Made by a program: the position numbers and the translations under genes
Part shown: positions 47,030-57,106 of the stretch, piece by piece
How the letters are laid out: each line of letters begins with the position of its first letter
Numbering within the stretch: the stretch's first letter is position 1
The notes under the pieces: generated by a model
The model's database searches: none
Seen by the model: only the letters and a program-made list of their open reading frames with translations
Told to the model about the DNA's origin: nothing
DNA from: Myxococcota bacterium
Lineage (GTDB): Bacteria; Myxococcota_A; Polyangia; Nannocystales; Nannocystaceae
Reading direction: 5' to 3'
Assembly: GCA_039028615.1 (NCBI GenBank)
Contig: JBCCHT010000023.1
Location: forward strand, 64,001-128,000
DNA: 64,000 nt

Positions 47030-50000
47030 ATGTCGGACGGAGAACCCCAACCCTTTCACGAGACGAAAGAATGGACGGCGCTTCGTACCCTCATCCGCCG
47101 CGGCCAGAACAATCCCGCCGATCGACCGATCCTCTGGGTCGGGGCGGGGCTGTCCATCGCCGCCGGGTACAAGTCCACCCAACAGCTCGTGAACACGCTC
47201 GCCGAGGCGAGCTTGGTTCCGCTCCCTCGCTACGACCCCCATGCCGCGCCGAACGACGTGAGGGTCATCCGAAACTACGACGGTTGGGTCGACCTGTTTT
47301 GCCGAGAAAACTCCCCCGGAGAACTCGTCGGCCCCCTCAGCCGCGCGTTCGGGGCCGACCACCCGCCCACGCCCATGCATCGGCGCTTGATGTCGATCCC
47401 GTGGCACTCGGTGATCACCACCAACTACGACCTCACGCTCGAGAAAGCGCTCTCCGAGCTCGGGCTTCCCCACGTCCCCGTGACGCTCGAGCAGAACATC
47501 GAGCTGGTCGATGACGAGCGGCTCCGCGTGGTGCACATCCACGGCAGCGTCAACGACATGGCCAACGCCGTGTTCTCCAGCCGCTCCTACGACGAGTTCG
47601 CGACGAAGCACGCCATCCCCGATTCCCGGCTGAGCATCGAGCTTCTGCAGCGCCCCGTGGTGTTCATGGGCTGCTCGATGACCGATCGCCGCATCTTGGA
47701 GCTGATGCGCTCCTATCGAACCCACGGCATGATCGACCGCCGTCGCTTCACCGCGTGCATCATGACCGAAGGCGACTGGGGCTACCTGTCCGACGATCAG
47801 CGGGCGTTCCTCACCGACTGCCACATTCGACCGATCCTCTTGCAATCGCACAACGAGTTGCCGGGGGCGGTGGCTCGGCTCGCGCCCGAGCTGGCAGCCG
47901 TACCCGCGTACGAGCTCCATCCCATCAAGGAGGAGCTGCGAGCCCTCGAGGACATCGTGTTCGGCCAGCTCGGCCCGCTCGTGCTGCGCCTGGTGGGGGA
48001 GCTGTGGGCATCTCCGCTGTTGCGCTCGCGGGAGTCGTCGGTCTCGGAGACGCTCGCCGAGCTGGGCGGGCGGCGCCTGACTCGGGCCTTTGGTGCGCTG
48101 TTCTTCCCCGTCGAGCGCCCGCTGTTCGAGATCCTCCAGCAACGACTCGAGCTGCATGCCTCGAGCGACGGCGGCACGGATCCGCTCTCTCGGAAGGACC
48201 TGCTCGCCGCGGCCATCGCCACCGCGGAGCGTCTATCCGAGCGGCTCCAGAACCTGCGTCTGACCCGAGCCTTCGCCGAACGCCACGGCTGGAATGCGAA
48301 GGCGGCGAGCACCGACCTCGCGGCTTCAGCCGACGGCGAAGCACGGGAAGACGAAGTGTCGCAGCTTTCGCTCGTGCTGGGCCTGATCTTCCTGTGCACG
48401 TCCACCCTCCCTCCCCTGTCCCGAGACAACGCCGAGACGCTGATCCATCAGCCCGAGGACACGCTCGCTTCGCTCGAGCAGCGCCTGTCCAACATCGCCA
48501 AGCTGACCGAGGTGGGCGGCTCCCGAGGGTACAAGAACACACAGACCACCTATCTCGAAGCGTTCGAGAACAAGCACGGCGGCGTGGGGCTCATCAACTC
48601 GCGGCTCGACGATCCCCTGCGGACGCTGCCGGTCTCGCAGGTCTTCGTTCCCCCGCGGTGCCAGGTCTGGGCCACCTCTTCCACTCACCTGGAGCCCAAG
48701 GAGATCGAGGCCGGTAACCTCCTCGAGCATTGTCGCAACCGTGAGCTGGTCGTCGTGTTCGCCGACGCGGGCTTCGGCAAGACGACGCTGCTGCAATGGC
48801 TGTCGATTCGAGCCATGGGCTTCACCGACGCCGACCGCGAGCGCAGCGACCAGCGGAAGCTCGTCCCCTTCCTCGTGCAGCTGCGCTTCTTCGCCGAGAC
48901 GGACTTCCCCCGCCTCGCCGACCTGGGCACGACCCTCGGCCTCGAACCGACGAAGGAACTCCGAGCGTGGACCGCCGCCGTGTTCGAGGAGGGCTCTGGG
49001 TTGATCCTGCTGGACGGCCTCGATGAGCTCCCCAAGGAGCGCCGCAAGGCCTTCGCGACATGGCTGCGCGAGCTGAGGGGCGAGGTCGAGGCCCTCGCAC
49101 CGAAGCGAAGCTCGCGCTCGGAGGATGGCGGAGCCGGTCGACCGCCGATCGTCCTGACCCTGCGGCCGTCGGCCGAGGCCAGCATGCAGGGCACCCTGCG
49201 GCAGTTCCCCCATGTGGAGCTTCAGCGGCTCGAACGTGGGCAGATCTTCACGCTCATCAAGCGATGGCATGCCGCGATCTCGTTGCTGGTGGAGAGCGCG
49301 GCCAAGTCGAACGTCCGCGCCGCCCACCAGCGCCTGGTCGCCCAGCTCAAGAGCGACTCGGCCCTGGCCAAGCTGGCCGCGAACCCGCTGATGTGTGCCC
49401 TTTTGTGCTCGATGAATTACCTCGAGCGCGGGCGGCTTCCGACTCGTGACTACGAGCTGTGCAAGGAGGGCATTCGCATCCTGCTGCACGATCGCGACGT
49501 CAAAAAGGAGGTCCCGTTCTCCGGGGACGCCTCACCGCTGCGGCCGATCCTCGCCGAACGAACGCTCGGCAGCGCCGCGATGTGGATGCAGTGCGAGAAC
49601 CGTATCTCGATTCACCGCAGCGAGATGCTCGAGGTCATCAAGGAACGCACCGCCCTGTGGGACCACGAGAACCGGCGCTCTCCCGAAGAAGTCCTCCAAC
49701 ACCTGCTCGAGCGTTCGGGCATCGTCCGCGAGCCCGGGGACGGCGAGATCATCTTCACGCATCGGCTGTTTCAGGAGTACCTCGCCGCGAGCCGGCTCAT
49801 GGGCGACCGCATCGAGCAGCGCGGGGTCAAGGTGCTGATCGACAATTCCGCCAACGACTTCTGGGCCAAGACGATCACGATGGCCGCCGCCATCGCGGGC
49901 GCCAACCGAGGCAACAAGCTGGTCCTCGGCTTGCTCAACAAGCATGGCCGGCTGGCCAAAGGCACAGAGAGAGCACGGCTCGGCCTGTTGCTCATCGAGT

Positions 50001-50734
50001 GTGCCTCCCGACTCCCCGAGAAGCTCCCCGCCGTCCAGGACGGTCTGCGGCAGATCGTGAAGACCTACTTGCCTCCCGCCGACAGAGAGACGGCCAAAGC
50101 CATCGTGCAGTGTGGCGATCTCGCCGTTCCGCTGCTGGCAAAGAAAGCCTCGCACTCCGAATCGCAGAAGCTCGGATGCGCCTCGTGTCTGCTGGACATC
50201 GGTACCCGGAGCGCACACGAAGAGCTGCTGCCCTACCTCAGGGCCACCGACCAGGAGCCACACAGCGGTCACTACTGCACGGAGCTGAGCTTCCTTATTG
50301 GGCACCAGGGCCATCAAGGCTGCAAACGCCTGCTCAACGACCTTCCGCTCGCGGACCTTCTCACCTTGCCCGAGGTGATCCGCATCGCGCTCGCACGGGC
50401 TTCGATGGACTTTCGCGTCGCACGGGGACTCGCCTGGGCGCACGAGTACACCACCCTCGAGCTTCGCGATGCCGACATCGACGAGATCCTCGGACTCGAC
50501 GCACTGGAGAACCTCGAGCGCCTCGACATCAACGGCAGCTCGATCCGAAGCCTCGAAGGCATCGCCGAACTGAAGCGGCTGACCTACATCGACTGCTCCG
50601 ATACCGAGCTTTCGAGCGACACGATCGACGAACTCGCCCGCCTGCCCCGCACCGTCGGGATCCTGGCCATCGACACGCCAGGCGCATCCGCAATCCCCCA
50701 CGCGGTCACCGACAACCCGGTCGAGACGGGATGA
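47030..50734 (+). CDS. SIR2-like - NACHT NTPase - LRR protein (bacterial NLR-like, probable anti-phage)
   Basis: WVGAGLS, TTNYD, HIHG, FMGCS (SIR2-like); ADAGFGKTT, LILLDGLDE, NPLMCALL, FTHRLFQEYLAA (NACHT/WHD); LERLDING..LEGIAELKRLTYIDCSDT (LRR); SD GGGAGG. Confidence 0.9.
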   Translation: MSDGEPQPFHETKEWTALRTLIRRGQNNPADRPILWVGAGLSIAAGYKSTQQLVNTLAEASLVPLPRYDPHAAPNDVRVIRNYDGWVDLFCRENSPGELVGPLSRAFGADHPPTPMHRRLMSIPWHSVITTNYDLTLEKALSELGLPHVPVTLEQNIELVDDERLRVVHIHGSVNDMANAVFSSRSYDEFATKHAIPDSRLSIELLQRPVVFMGCSMTDRRILELMRSYRTHGMIDRRRFTACIMTEGDWGYLSDDQRAFLTDCHIRPILLQSHNELPGAVARLAPELAAVPAYELHPIKEELRALEDIVFGQLGPLVLRLVGELWASPLLRSRESSVSETLAELGGRRLTRAFGALFFPVERPLFEILQQRLELHASSDGGTDPLSRKDLLAAAIATAERLSERLQNLRLTRAFAERHGWNAKAASTDLAASADGEAREDEVSQLSLVLGLIFLCTSTLPPLSRDNAETLIHQPEDTLASLEQRLSNIAKLTEVGGSRGYKNTQTTYLEAFENKHGGVGLINSRLDDPLRTLPVSQVFVPPRCQVWATSSTHLEPKEIEAGNLLEHCRNRELVVVFADAGFGKTTLLQWLSIRAMGFTDADRERSDQRKLVPFLVQLRFFAETDFPRLADLGTTLGLEPTKELRAWTAAVFEEGSGLILLDGLDELPKERRKAFATWLRELRGEVEALAPKRSSRSEDGGAGRPPIVLTLRPSAEASMQGTLRQFPHVELQRLERGQIFTLIKRWHAAISLLVESAAKSNVRAAHQRLVAQLKSDSALAKLAANPLMCALLCSMNYLERGRLPTRDYELCKEGIRILLHDRDVKKEVPFSGDASPLRPILAERTLGSAAMWMQCENRISIHRSEMLEVIKERTALWDHENRRSPEEVLQHLLERSGIVREPGDGEIIFTHRLFQEYLAASRLMGDRIEQRGVKVLIDNSANDFWAKTITMAAAIAGANRGNKLVLGLLNKHGRLAKGTERARLGLLLIECASRLPEKLPAVQDGLRQIVKTYLPPADRETAKAIVQCGDLAVPLLAKKASHSESQKLGCASCLLDIGTRSAHEELLPYLRATDQEPHSGHYCTELSFLIGHQGHQGCKRLLNDLPLADLLTLPEVIRIALARASMDFRVARGLAWAHEYTTLELRDADIDEILGLDALENLERLDINGSSIRSLEGIAELKRLTYIDCSDTELSSDTIDELARLPRTVGILAIDTPGASAIPHAVTDNPVETG

Positions 50735-50741
50735 GGCTCGC

Positions 50742-51368
50742 GTGACGTCATCGATGGAGGGAAACGACGAGGAGCTGCTGGTGCGATGGCGCGAGGGCGA
50801 TCAGCTCGCGGGAAGTGAGCTGCTCTCCCGCTATTTCTCGCCGCTGTACGACTTCTTCGCGACCAAGATCGACACGGGCATCGACGACCTCATCCAGCGC
50901 ACCATGCTGGCCTGCGTGCAGGCCCGCGACCGAATCCGCGACGCGCCCAATTTCCGGGCCTTCGTCTACGGCGTGGCGCGCCATGAGCTCTACGGGTGGT
51001 TTCGCGATCGCGCCCGCGGGGCACGGGTGCTCGACTTCGAGGCCATCTCCATCGCCGACCTCGGCTCCACGCCCAGCCGACGACTGGCGGGCAAGCAAGA
51101 GCAACGGCTCATGCTCGAGGCGCTGCGGCGGATCCCGCTCGATCATCAAATCTGCCTGGAGCTGTTCTACTGGGAAGGCATGAGCGGCCCGGGCCTGGCG
51201 GCGGTGCTCGACGTGCCCGAAGGCACCGCCCGTACTCGCCTGCGGCGCGCTCGTCAGCTGCTACTACTCCAGCTCGAAGCGCTCGCCGAGACGCCCGAGG
51301 TCCTGCAGAGCACCCGGGACGGCTTGGAGCGCTGGGCCTCGGAACTCCGCGCCCGCGTTCGATCGTAG
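50742..51368 (+). CDS. ECF sigma factor (paralog 4), convergent with the kinase
   Basis: DDLIQRTML..FRAFVYGVAR; LELFYWEGM..PEGTARTRLRRAR; alternative ATG at 50754. Confidence 0.9.
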   Translation: MTSSMEGNDEELLVRWREGDQLAGSELLSRYFSPLYDFFATKIDTGIDDLIQRTMLACVQARDRIRDAPNFRAFVYGVARHELYGWFRDRARGARVLDFEAISIADLGSTPSRRLAGKQEQRLMLEALRRIPLDHQICLELFYWEGMSGPGLAAVLDVPEGTARTRLRRARQLLLLQLEALAETPEVLQSTRDGLERWASELRARVRS

Positions 51369-51386
51369 GGGGCGCTGCTCCCGAGT

Positions 51387-54203
51387 TCACTCGGCGTCCA
51401 GCGGCACCCCGTGCGCGCGAGCCCACGGTGTCACTCGATCGATGGGGTCGTCCCGCCACGGCACCGTCTTCGACAGCTCCCGAGCGCGACGCAACTGCGC
51501 GATCGCCTGGTCGGGTGCCTCGCCGAGCAACCACATCGCCTTGCCCAGGTCGACTTCGCAGAGCACCCGCTGAACCGGCGCGCCCCCGCTCGCTTCGAGC
51601 ACCTCGATGCAACGACGCGAGGCCTCGACCGCGGCATCGAAACGATCGAGGGCCAGGGACGCGGTCCCGAGGTTGACCAGAATCGGCACGAGCTGAGCGT
51701 GATTGGGGCCGAGCGCAGCCACGAGCGTGTCGTGGGCAGCGTGCAGCTCGTCCACCGCGACCGCAGGCTCTCCCATCTCGAGCAAGGTGCGACCGATGGC
51801 CAAGCGCACCAGCGCGACGTCGGGGTGCTCGGGCCCGAGCGCGGCCAGCTGAATCTCCAATGCTCGCCGAGACGCCGCCAACGACTCGGGGAAGCGCTCG
51901 AGGGCCGACAAGACCAGCGCCAGGTTGCCCAGGCCGTTGCCGACCCGCGGATGCTCGGGACCGAGACTGCGGGTCCAGACCTCCACCGCACGCTCGAACG
52001 GAGCGACCGCGCCCTCGAGATCCCCCATGGACGCCAGCGCCGTGCCGAGCGAGTTGCTGGCCATGGCCACATCGGGATGGGTCGGCGAGCGCGAGCGCCC
52101 GAAGATCTCCAGCGCGGTGCGAGCGTGCTCGGCCGAGCGTTCGAAACGGGCCTCGGCCAGCTCGACGGTCGCCAGGTTGTTGTGCACCAAGCCGACCCGC
52201 GGATGCGATGCACCCAGCACACGACCGTACTGTGCCCGCGCCTGCTCGAGCTGGTCCCGCGCCTCTTCGGTCCGACCGAGTTCACGCAGGGTGGTGGCCA
52301 TGGTCACCCGCAGGGCGCCGATGCGGGCGTCGGCCTCGGGATAGACCCTCAGCGCACGCTGGAGCGCGAGTTCGTGCTGCTGCTGCGCGTCGTCGTAGTG
52401 CCCCCGCGTGAACAGGATGTTGCCGCGGGCCCGATGGAGCTCGGCATGCAGCACATCGGAATCGTCCATCTTGCCCACGACGGGCGTCGCCAGCGTCGCC
52501 CACTCGAGCCCGGCATCGGCGTCGGCGAGCCGATAGCCGAGCAGCTCCGCGAGCAAGACCATGCCGCGCGCTCGCGTCCGCAGGTCGTCCGCGCGCTCGG
52601 CCGCCCCGATCGCCGCGATGAGCTCGGTGCGGGCGCTCTCGAAGTCGGCTTCATCGAGCAGCGCGATGGCCCGGGCTTCGTGCAGGCGCGCGCTCAGCCG
52701 TGCATCGGGCTCGAAGCCGTCGGCCGGCTCTCGTTCGAGCACGGTCAACGCTTCCGCGGGCCGCCCCGCGGCCGACAGCGCCCGTGCGCGATAGATCTGC
52801 TGCTGGAGCGCCTCCGTCTGCGGGCTCGAAGTCTCGGACGCCGACGACGAGGTCTCGTCTCGACACGAACTCGCGGGCGCCAGCTGCTGCACGGCCAACG
52901 TGGCCCGAGACGCGGCATCGGGCAACGACTCGGCCAGGACATCGAGCTGTACGCCGAGCGCCTCCAGCCGCTGGTCGAGGCACGTCAGGCGACTTTGGAG
53001 CGCGGCGCTGGACTGAACGCCATCGACATGGGTGGCGCGACAGGCATCGTCCAGCTCGGCCGTCCAGGCCTGACCGTAGCCTTCGAGCGCCCGGGTGGTG
53101 GCCTCGAGGACTTCGTCCGCACGCGCGGGAGCATCGGAGCGCAAGCGAGCCTCGAGCCCTTCGCTCCGCGCCGTGGTCCAGGTCTCGTCCCAGTGGCGCT
53201 GGCGAGCCCGGCAAGCCTCGAGCGGCGAGTCGCTCGACCCGAGCCACCATGTGCCTCCCGCCAGCGCCAGCGTGGCGAACCCGAGCCCGAGCCATCGACC
53301 ATGTCGCGACGGTCGCAGAGCCTGGGCGATCGCCTCGAGCAGCGCATCCATCGATTCGAAGCGAGCCTCGCGGTCGCGCGCCAAACCGCGGCGCAGCGCG
53401 GCATCGAGTGCCGTCGGCCACGGCGAGGACGAGGTCGCGGCGCCCTCGGTGCCCGGCCGATGCCCGTGCAAGGCCTCGTAGAGCGCGACACAGTACGCGT
53501 ACTGATCCGAGCGCGGATCGGCGTCCCCTTCCCATTGCTCCGGCGACATATAGGCGGGAGTCCCGAGCACGGCTGGCCCTTCGGTCGAAGCCTCCGCGGC
53601 GAGCCCCGCCAACCCAAAGTCGGCCACCAACACCCGTCCGTCGTCACCGAGGAGCACATTGCCCGGCTTGAAGTCGCGGTGGATCAACCCGCTGCGATGC
53701 GCCGCGGCCAAGCCATGGCCCGCGGCCACGAACACCTCCACGACCTCCCGCCACGGCCGTTGCTCATCCAGCCAATGCCGAAGGTCCACGCCCTCCACCA
53801 GCTCCATGACCAGGTAGCCCTGGCCCTCGAACTCGCCGAACTCGTGCACCGTCACCACGTTGGGATGCGTGAGCCGAGCCATCGCCCGCGCCTCGCGACG
53901 AATCCGTCGGCGCCTCGGCTCCTCGTCGGGCCCCGCCCCCCAGCGCAGCAGCTTCAGTGCGACCTGGCGATCGAGCTCGGGGTCGTGCGCGCGATAGACC
54001 TCGCCCATCGCCCCCTGGCCGATGCGCTCGTGAACGGTGAAGCGCCCGAGGGTCTGCGAGGGTCGCTCATGGCCGAACATCCGGTGCTGGAGCTCGGCGT
54101 GGATCCGAGCGGCCTCGAGCCCCTGGCCCTGCCGCAGCTGTGCGATCCCTTCTCGCACTCGGCTGCCATCCGCCGCGGCCGTCGAAACACTCCCCGATGG
54201 CAT
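51387..54203 (-). CDS. Ser/Thr kinase - TM - Cys domain - TPR repeats
   Basis: GQGAMG, VALK, HRDFKPGN, DFG, GTPAYMSPE; GPEHP TPR repeats; start 54203 inferred. Confidence 0.92.
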   Translation of the reverse strand: MPSGSVSTAAADGSRVREGIAQLRQGQGLEAARIHAELQHRMFGHERPSQTLGRFTVHERIGQGAMGEVYRAHDPELDRQVALKLLRWGAGPDEEPRRRRIRREARAMARLTHPNVVTVHEFGEFEGQGYLVMELVEGVDLRHWLDEQRPWREVVEVFVAAGHGLAAAHRSGLIHRDFKPGNVLLGDDGRVLVADFGLAGLAAEASTEGPAVLGTPAYMSPEQWEGDADPRSDQYAYCVALYEALHGHRPGTEGAATSSSPWPTALDAALRRGLARDREARFESMDALLEAIAQALRPSRHGRWLGLGFATLALAGGTWWLGSSDSPLEACRARQRHWDETWTTARSEGLEARLRSDAPARADEVLEATTRALEGYGQAWTAELDDACRATHVDGVQSSAALQSRLTCLDQRLEALGVQLDVLAESLPDAASRATLAVQQLAPASSCRDETSSSASETSSPQTEALQQQIYRARALSAAGRPAEALTVLEREPADGFEPDARLSARLHEARAIALLDEADFESARTELIAAIGAAERADDLRTRARGMVLLAELLGYRLADADAGLEWATLATPVVGKMDDSDVLHAELHRARGNILFTRGHYDDAQQQHELALQRALRVYPEADARIGALRVTMATTLRELGRTEEARDQLEQARAQYGRVLGASHPRVGLVHNNLATVELAEARFERSAEHARTALEIFGRSRSPTHPDVAMASNSLGTALASMGDLEGAVAPFERAVEVWTRSLGPEHPRVGNGLGNLALVLSALERFPESLAASRRALEIQLAALGPEHPDVALVRLAIGRTLLEMGEPAVAVDELHAAHDTLVAALGPNHAQLVPILVNLGTASLALDRFDAAVEASRRCIEVLEASGGAPVQRVLCEVDLGKAMWLLGEAPDQAIAQLRRARELSKTVPWRDDPIDRVTPWARAHGVPLDAE

Positions 54204-54316
54204 CGCAAAGACCAGTGTAGCGGGGTCACGGCTCGCCCGGCGCCGCTTCGACCAAACCGTCGATCCGCGCCACCAGCCAACGTTCGCGGTTCCGTGCTCG
54301 GGCTCGTCGGGGGCGC

Positions 54317-55282
54317 TCAGACCTCGAAGAGCCGCATGGCCATGGAGACCATTTGATCGATGTCTTCGCGGCCTTGGACCTCCAGGCCGAACTGCTGAAG
54401 CATCGGCGCCATGTTCCGACGCACCATCGCCACCTCGGTCGGTGTGGTGTCGTAGCCTTCGAATGGCCCGCTCAACGCCTGCGCCGACGCCCGCTGGGTG
54501 GCTGCGACGACGTAGTTCCGAATCGCCGCCATCTTGTCGTAGTCGAGCCGGTCCGGGGTGTCGGTGGGCATGTGGTAGTGCTCCCAGCGAGCGCACGTGA
54601 GAAACAAGTAGGGCCGCTGGTCGAGCCGAAATGCATGGTAGTCGCTGAGATCACCGATGTAGCGGGTCAACAGCGGCACCGCACGAACGCCTCGGACTTC
54701 TGCTCCCGCCTCGATCACGGGCTCGAGCCCCGGGTCGCTCTCCATACCCGTCACGAACAACAGGTCGCCACATCCGGGGATCGGGACCTCATGGCCGCAC
54801 AGGTCGAGCACGATGGCGCAGTGCACCGGCCCTTTTCGCTGAGCGCGATAGAAGTACGTCGACCCCATGTTCGGGGTCAGGAAGCGCGGTGGCTCCTCGC
54901 CGTCGAAGAACGCGAACACCACGTCACGCTCGAGCCGAGCCGAGCGCAGCGGCTTCACCGAGGACAACGAGATCGCGATGGCAGCGGCGTTGTCATCGGC
55001 GCCCGGCTGCCGGCCACACGTGTCGTAGTGCGCCGCCAGCAGCATCGGAGGCAGGCTGGGGTCACGACCGGGGAGTCGACCCAGCACGTTCACCTGCCCC
55101 GAGTTTCGCGGGCCGTAGGGCCATTCGAACGCGTCCCCATAGGGCTGCAACCCGAGCCTCTGCATCCGCTCGAGCAACCATGCCCGGGCCGCCCGATGCC
55201 CCTTGCTCCCCACGACCCGCTCACCCGGCTCGGTCAGCGCTTCGACATCCGCCCGTAGGGTTTCGAGCAGCTCGTACGACAT
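54317..55282 (-). CDS. M28 family metallopeptidase
   Basis: AHYD, GADDNAA, FDGEE, SDY..F, YHMPTD. Confidence 0.88.
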   Translation of the reverse strand: MSYELLETLRADVEALTEPGERVVGSKGHRAARAWLLERMQRLGLQPYGDAFEWPYGPRNSGQVNVLGRLPGRDPSLPPMLLAAHYDTCGRQPGADDNAAAIAISLSSVKPLRSARLERDVVFAFFDGEEPPRFLTPNMGSTYFYRAQRKGPVHCAIVLDLCGHEVPIPGCGDLLFVTGMESDPGLEPVIEAGAEVRGVRAVPLLTRYIGDLSDYHAFRLDQRPYLFLTCARWEHYHMPTDTPDRLDYDKMAAIRNYVVAATQRASAQALSGPFEGYDTTPTEVAMVRRNMAPMLQQFGLEVQGREDIDQMVSMAMRLFEV

Positions 55283-55317
55283 GGCCGAGACCATACGCCC
55301 CCCGCCGAGATCCGCAA

Positions 55318-56916
55318 CTACTGCACGCCGGCCGACGGGATCCGCGGGAGCTCGAACGCGAAGTCCCAGGCGTCGCCACCCGTCGTCCACCCGAGCACCA
55401 TCGGCGCGGCGTTGGGATCGGAGAAGTGCCCGTCGATCGAGCTGGCCGGCTGCGCCCCGTTGCCGTCGGCCCCTGGCCATACGACCTCGTTGTAGAAGCA
55501 GCTCTCGGCCACCGCGTGGGTGCTGAAGGGCACACCACCGCCCGGGCCCGAAGCCGTGCCCACGCTGAAGCTGGAGACGATGGCCGGCGGCGTGTCCCAG
55601 TCGGGATAGGCGGAAAACGCCCCGGCGACGGGTCCGACGGCAGGAGCATCGTGGGTGCCTTCGGCGTGACCCGAGGCATAACAACGCTCCACGATCTGAT
55701 CGCCCAGCGCGTTCGGCAGCGGATCGAAGTGCGCGACGAGTCCCCCAGCAACGCCCGCATGGACGTCGCCCGTGGCGTAGCAATCGTGAATCGTATAGGC
55801 GGTCAGGCCCTCGCTGCCTCCCGTGAGGCCCCCGCCCACGGAGACCGACCAGGGAAAGCGCGGCACCGCGGTGACCTGCCCCGTCGCGTAGGACCACTCG
55901 AGGGTGCCCGAACCGACGGAGCCCACGAGCCCACCCGCGAGATCCTGCGCGGTCACGTCTCCGGTGGCAAAGCAGTGATCGACGTTGCCGCCCTGCGCCG
56001 CACCGACCAGGCCACCGCCCACCCGATGGCCATCACCGAGCACATCGCCGTGGGCCTCGCAGTGCCGCAGCTGCCCAGTCAGGGCCCCGACCAAGCCGCC
56101 GATGAAGATGACGCTATGCTCGATCTCCGGGTTGAGCTGGACGTCCCCCCGCGAGGTCGCATTCTCCACGAGGCCGCCATACACCCGCCCCGCGAGCCCT
56201 CCGGTGTGGCTTCCGCCCGAGACCAAGACCCCGACCTGAGCCCCATCCACCGTGGACTGCCGCAGCTCTCCGGCCAGGCCTCCGACCTCCTGCAGACCGG
56301 TCACCGATCCGAGCTCGACCCCGACGTCGATCAGCGTGACGTCCTGGCCGTAGCCGATCATCGCCCCGACCCACCCCGACTCGGGCCGATCGACGGAGAC
56401 CTGCACGAGCGTGAGACTCTCGATGTGCGCCCCCTCGGCCCAACCGAAGAGCCCGTAGGCGAAGGGCACGAGGTCTTGCTCGAGCCGGAGCCCGATGATG
56501 TCGAAGCCCTGCCCGTCGTACGAACCGCTGAAGGGGACCTCTTGAGTGCCGATGACAAACTCGCCGCTGCCGTATTCGTACTGCGGCCACAAGTCGATGT
56601 CGTTGCACTGCACGAAGTGGCTCGCCCACGAGGCGGGGTGTGCCGCGAGATCGGCCAGCTGGTGGTGGCTGTAGATCTCGAAGGGCGAGTCGACGGTGCC
56701 CGCCCCGACCGCATCGTGGGCCACGGGGCTGACCTGGCCCGTACACGGGGTGCCGCCCCCTTCCTCGCCACCGCCCCTCGACCCCTCGACCGCATCGATC
56801 CCGGACCGGAACTCCGCGGGCGAATCGGAATCGCAGCCGCTCGATGCCACGAAACCAGGGAGCGCACACGATAGAGTGAGGACGACGAAGCGAGGCTGCA
56901 CGCCGGGTATTGACAC
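55318..56916 (-). CDS. Secreted/lipoprotein with GLUG-type beta-helical repeats
   Basis: FSGSYDGQGFDI, GLFG, repeated VGGLVG and CYATGDV units; SSGC lipobox-like. Confidence 0.8.
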   Translation of the reverse strand: MSIPGVQPRFVVLTLSCALPGFVASSGCDSDSPAEFRSGIDAVEGSRGGGEEGGGTPCTGQVSPVAHDAVGAGTVDSPFEIYSHHQLADLAAHPASWASHFVQCNDIDLWPQYEYGSGEFVIGTQEVPFSGSYDGQGFDIIGLRLEQDLVPFAYGLFGWAEGAHIESLTLVQVSVDRPESGWVGAMIGYGQDVTLIDVGVELGSVTGLQEVGGLAGELRQSTVDGAQVGVLVSGGSHTGGLAGRVYGGLVENATSRGDVQLNPEIEHSVIFIGGLVGALTGQLRHCEAHGDVLGDGHRVGGGLVGAAQGGNVDHCFATGDVTAQDLAGGLVGSVGSGTLEWSYATGQVTAVPRFPWSVSVGGGLTGGSEGLTAYTIHDCYATGDVHAGVAGGLVAHFDPLPNALGDQIVERCYASGHAEGTHDAPAVGPVAGAFSAYPDWDTPPAIVSSFSVGTASGPGGGVPFSTHAVAESCFYNEVVWPGADGNGAQPASSIDGHFSDPNAAPMVLGWTTGGDAWDFAFELPRIPSAGVQ

Positions 56917-57106
56917 GAGCGACGATTTGGTTGGTTCGACGATCGGCTTTTCTTTCCCCGCGCGTTTTCGCCATCAGCGTGGAACATCGTCCCCTGGGAG
57001 GCGATCCAGGCTTACGCGTAGAAAGCGCAGAACGGCGCCGTCGAAGTTTTTGAACCAGTGACTCGATCGTTGCGCGATCGAGGGACACTACCGGTCCGGA
57101 CGCGCC

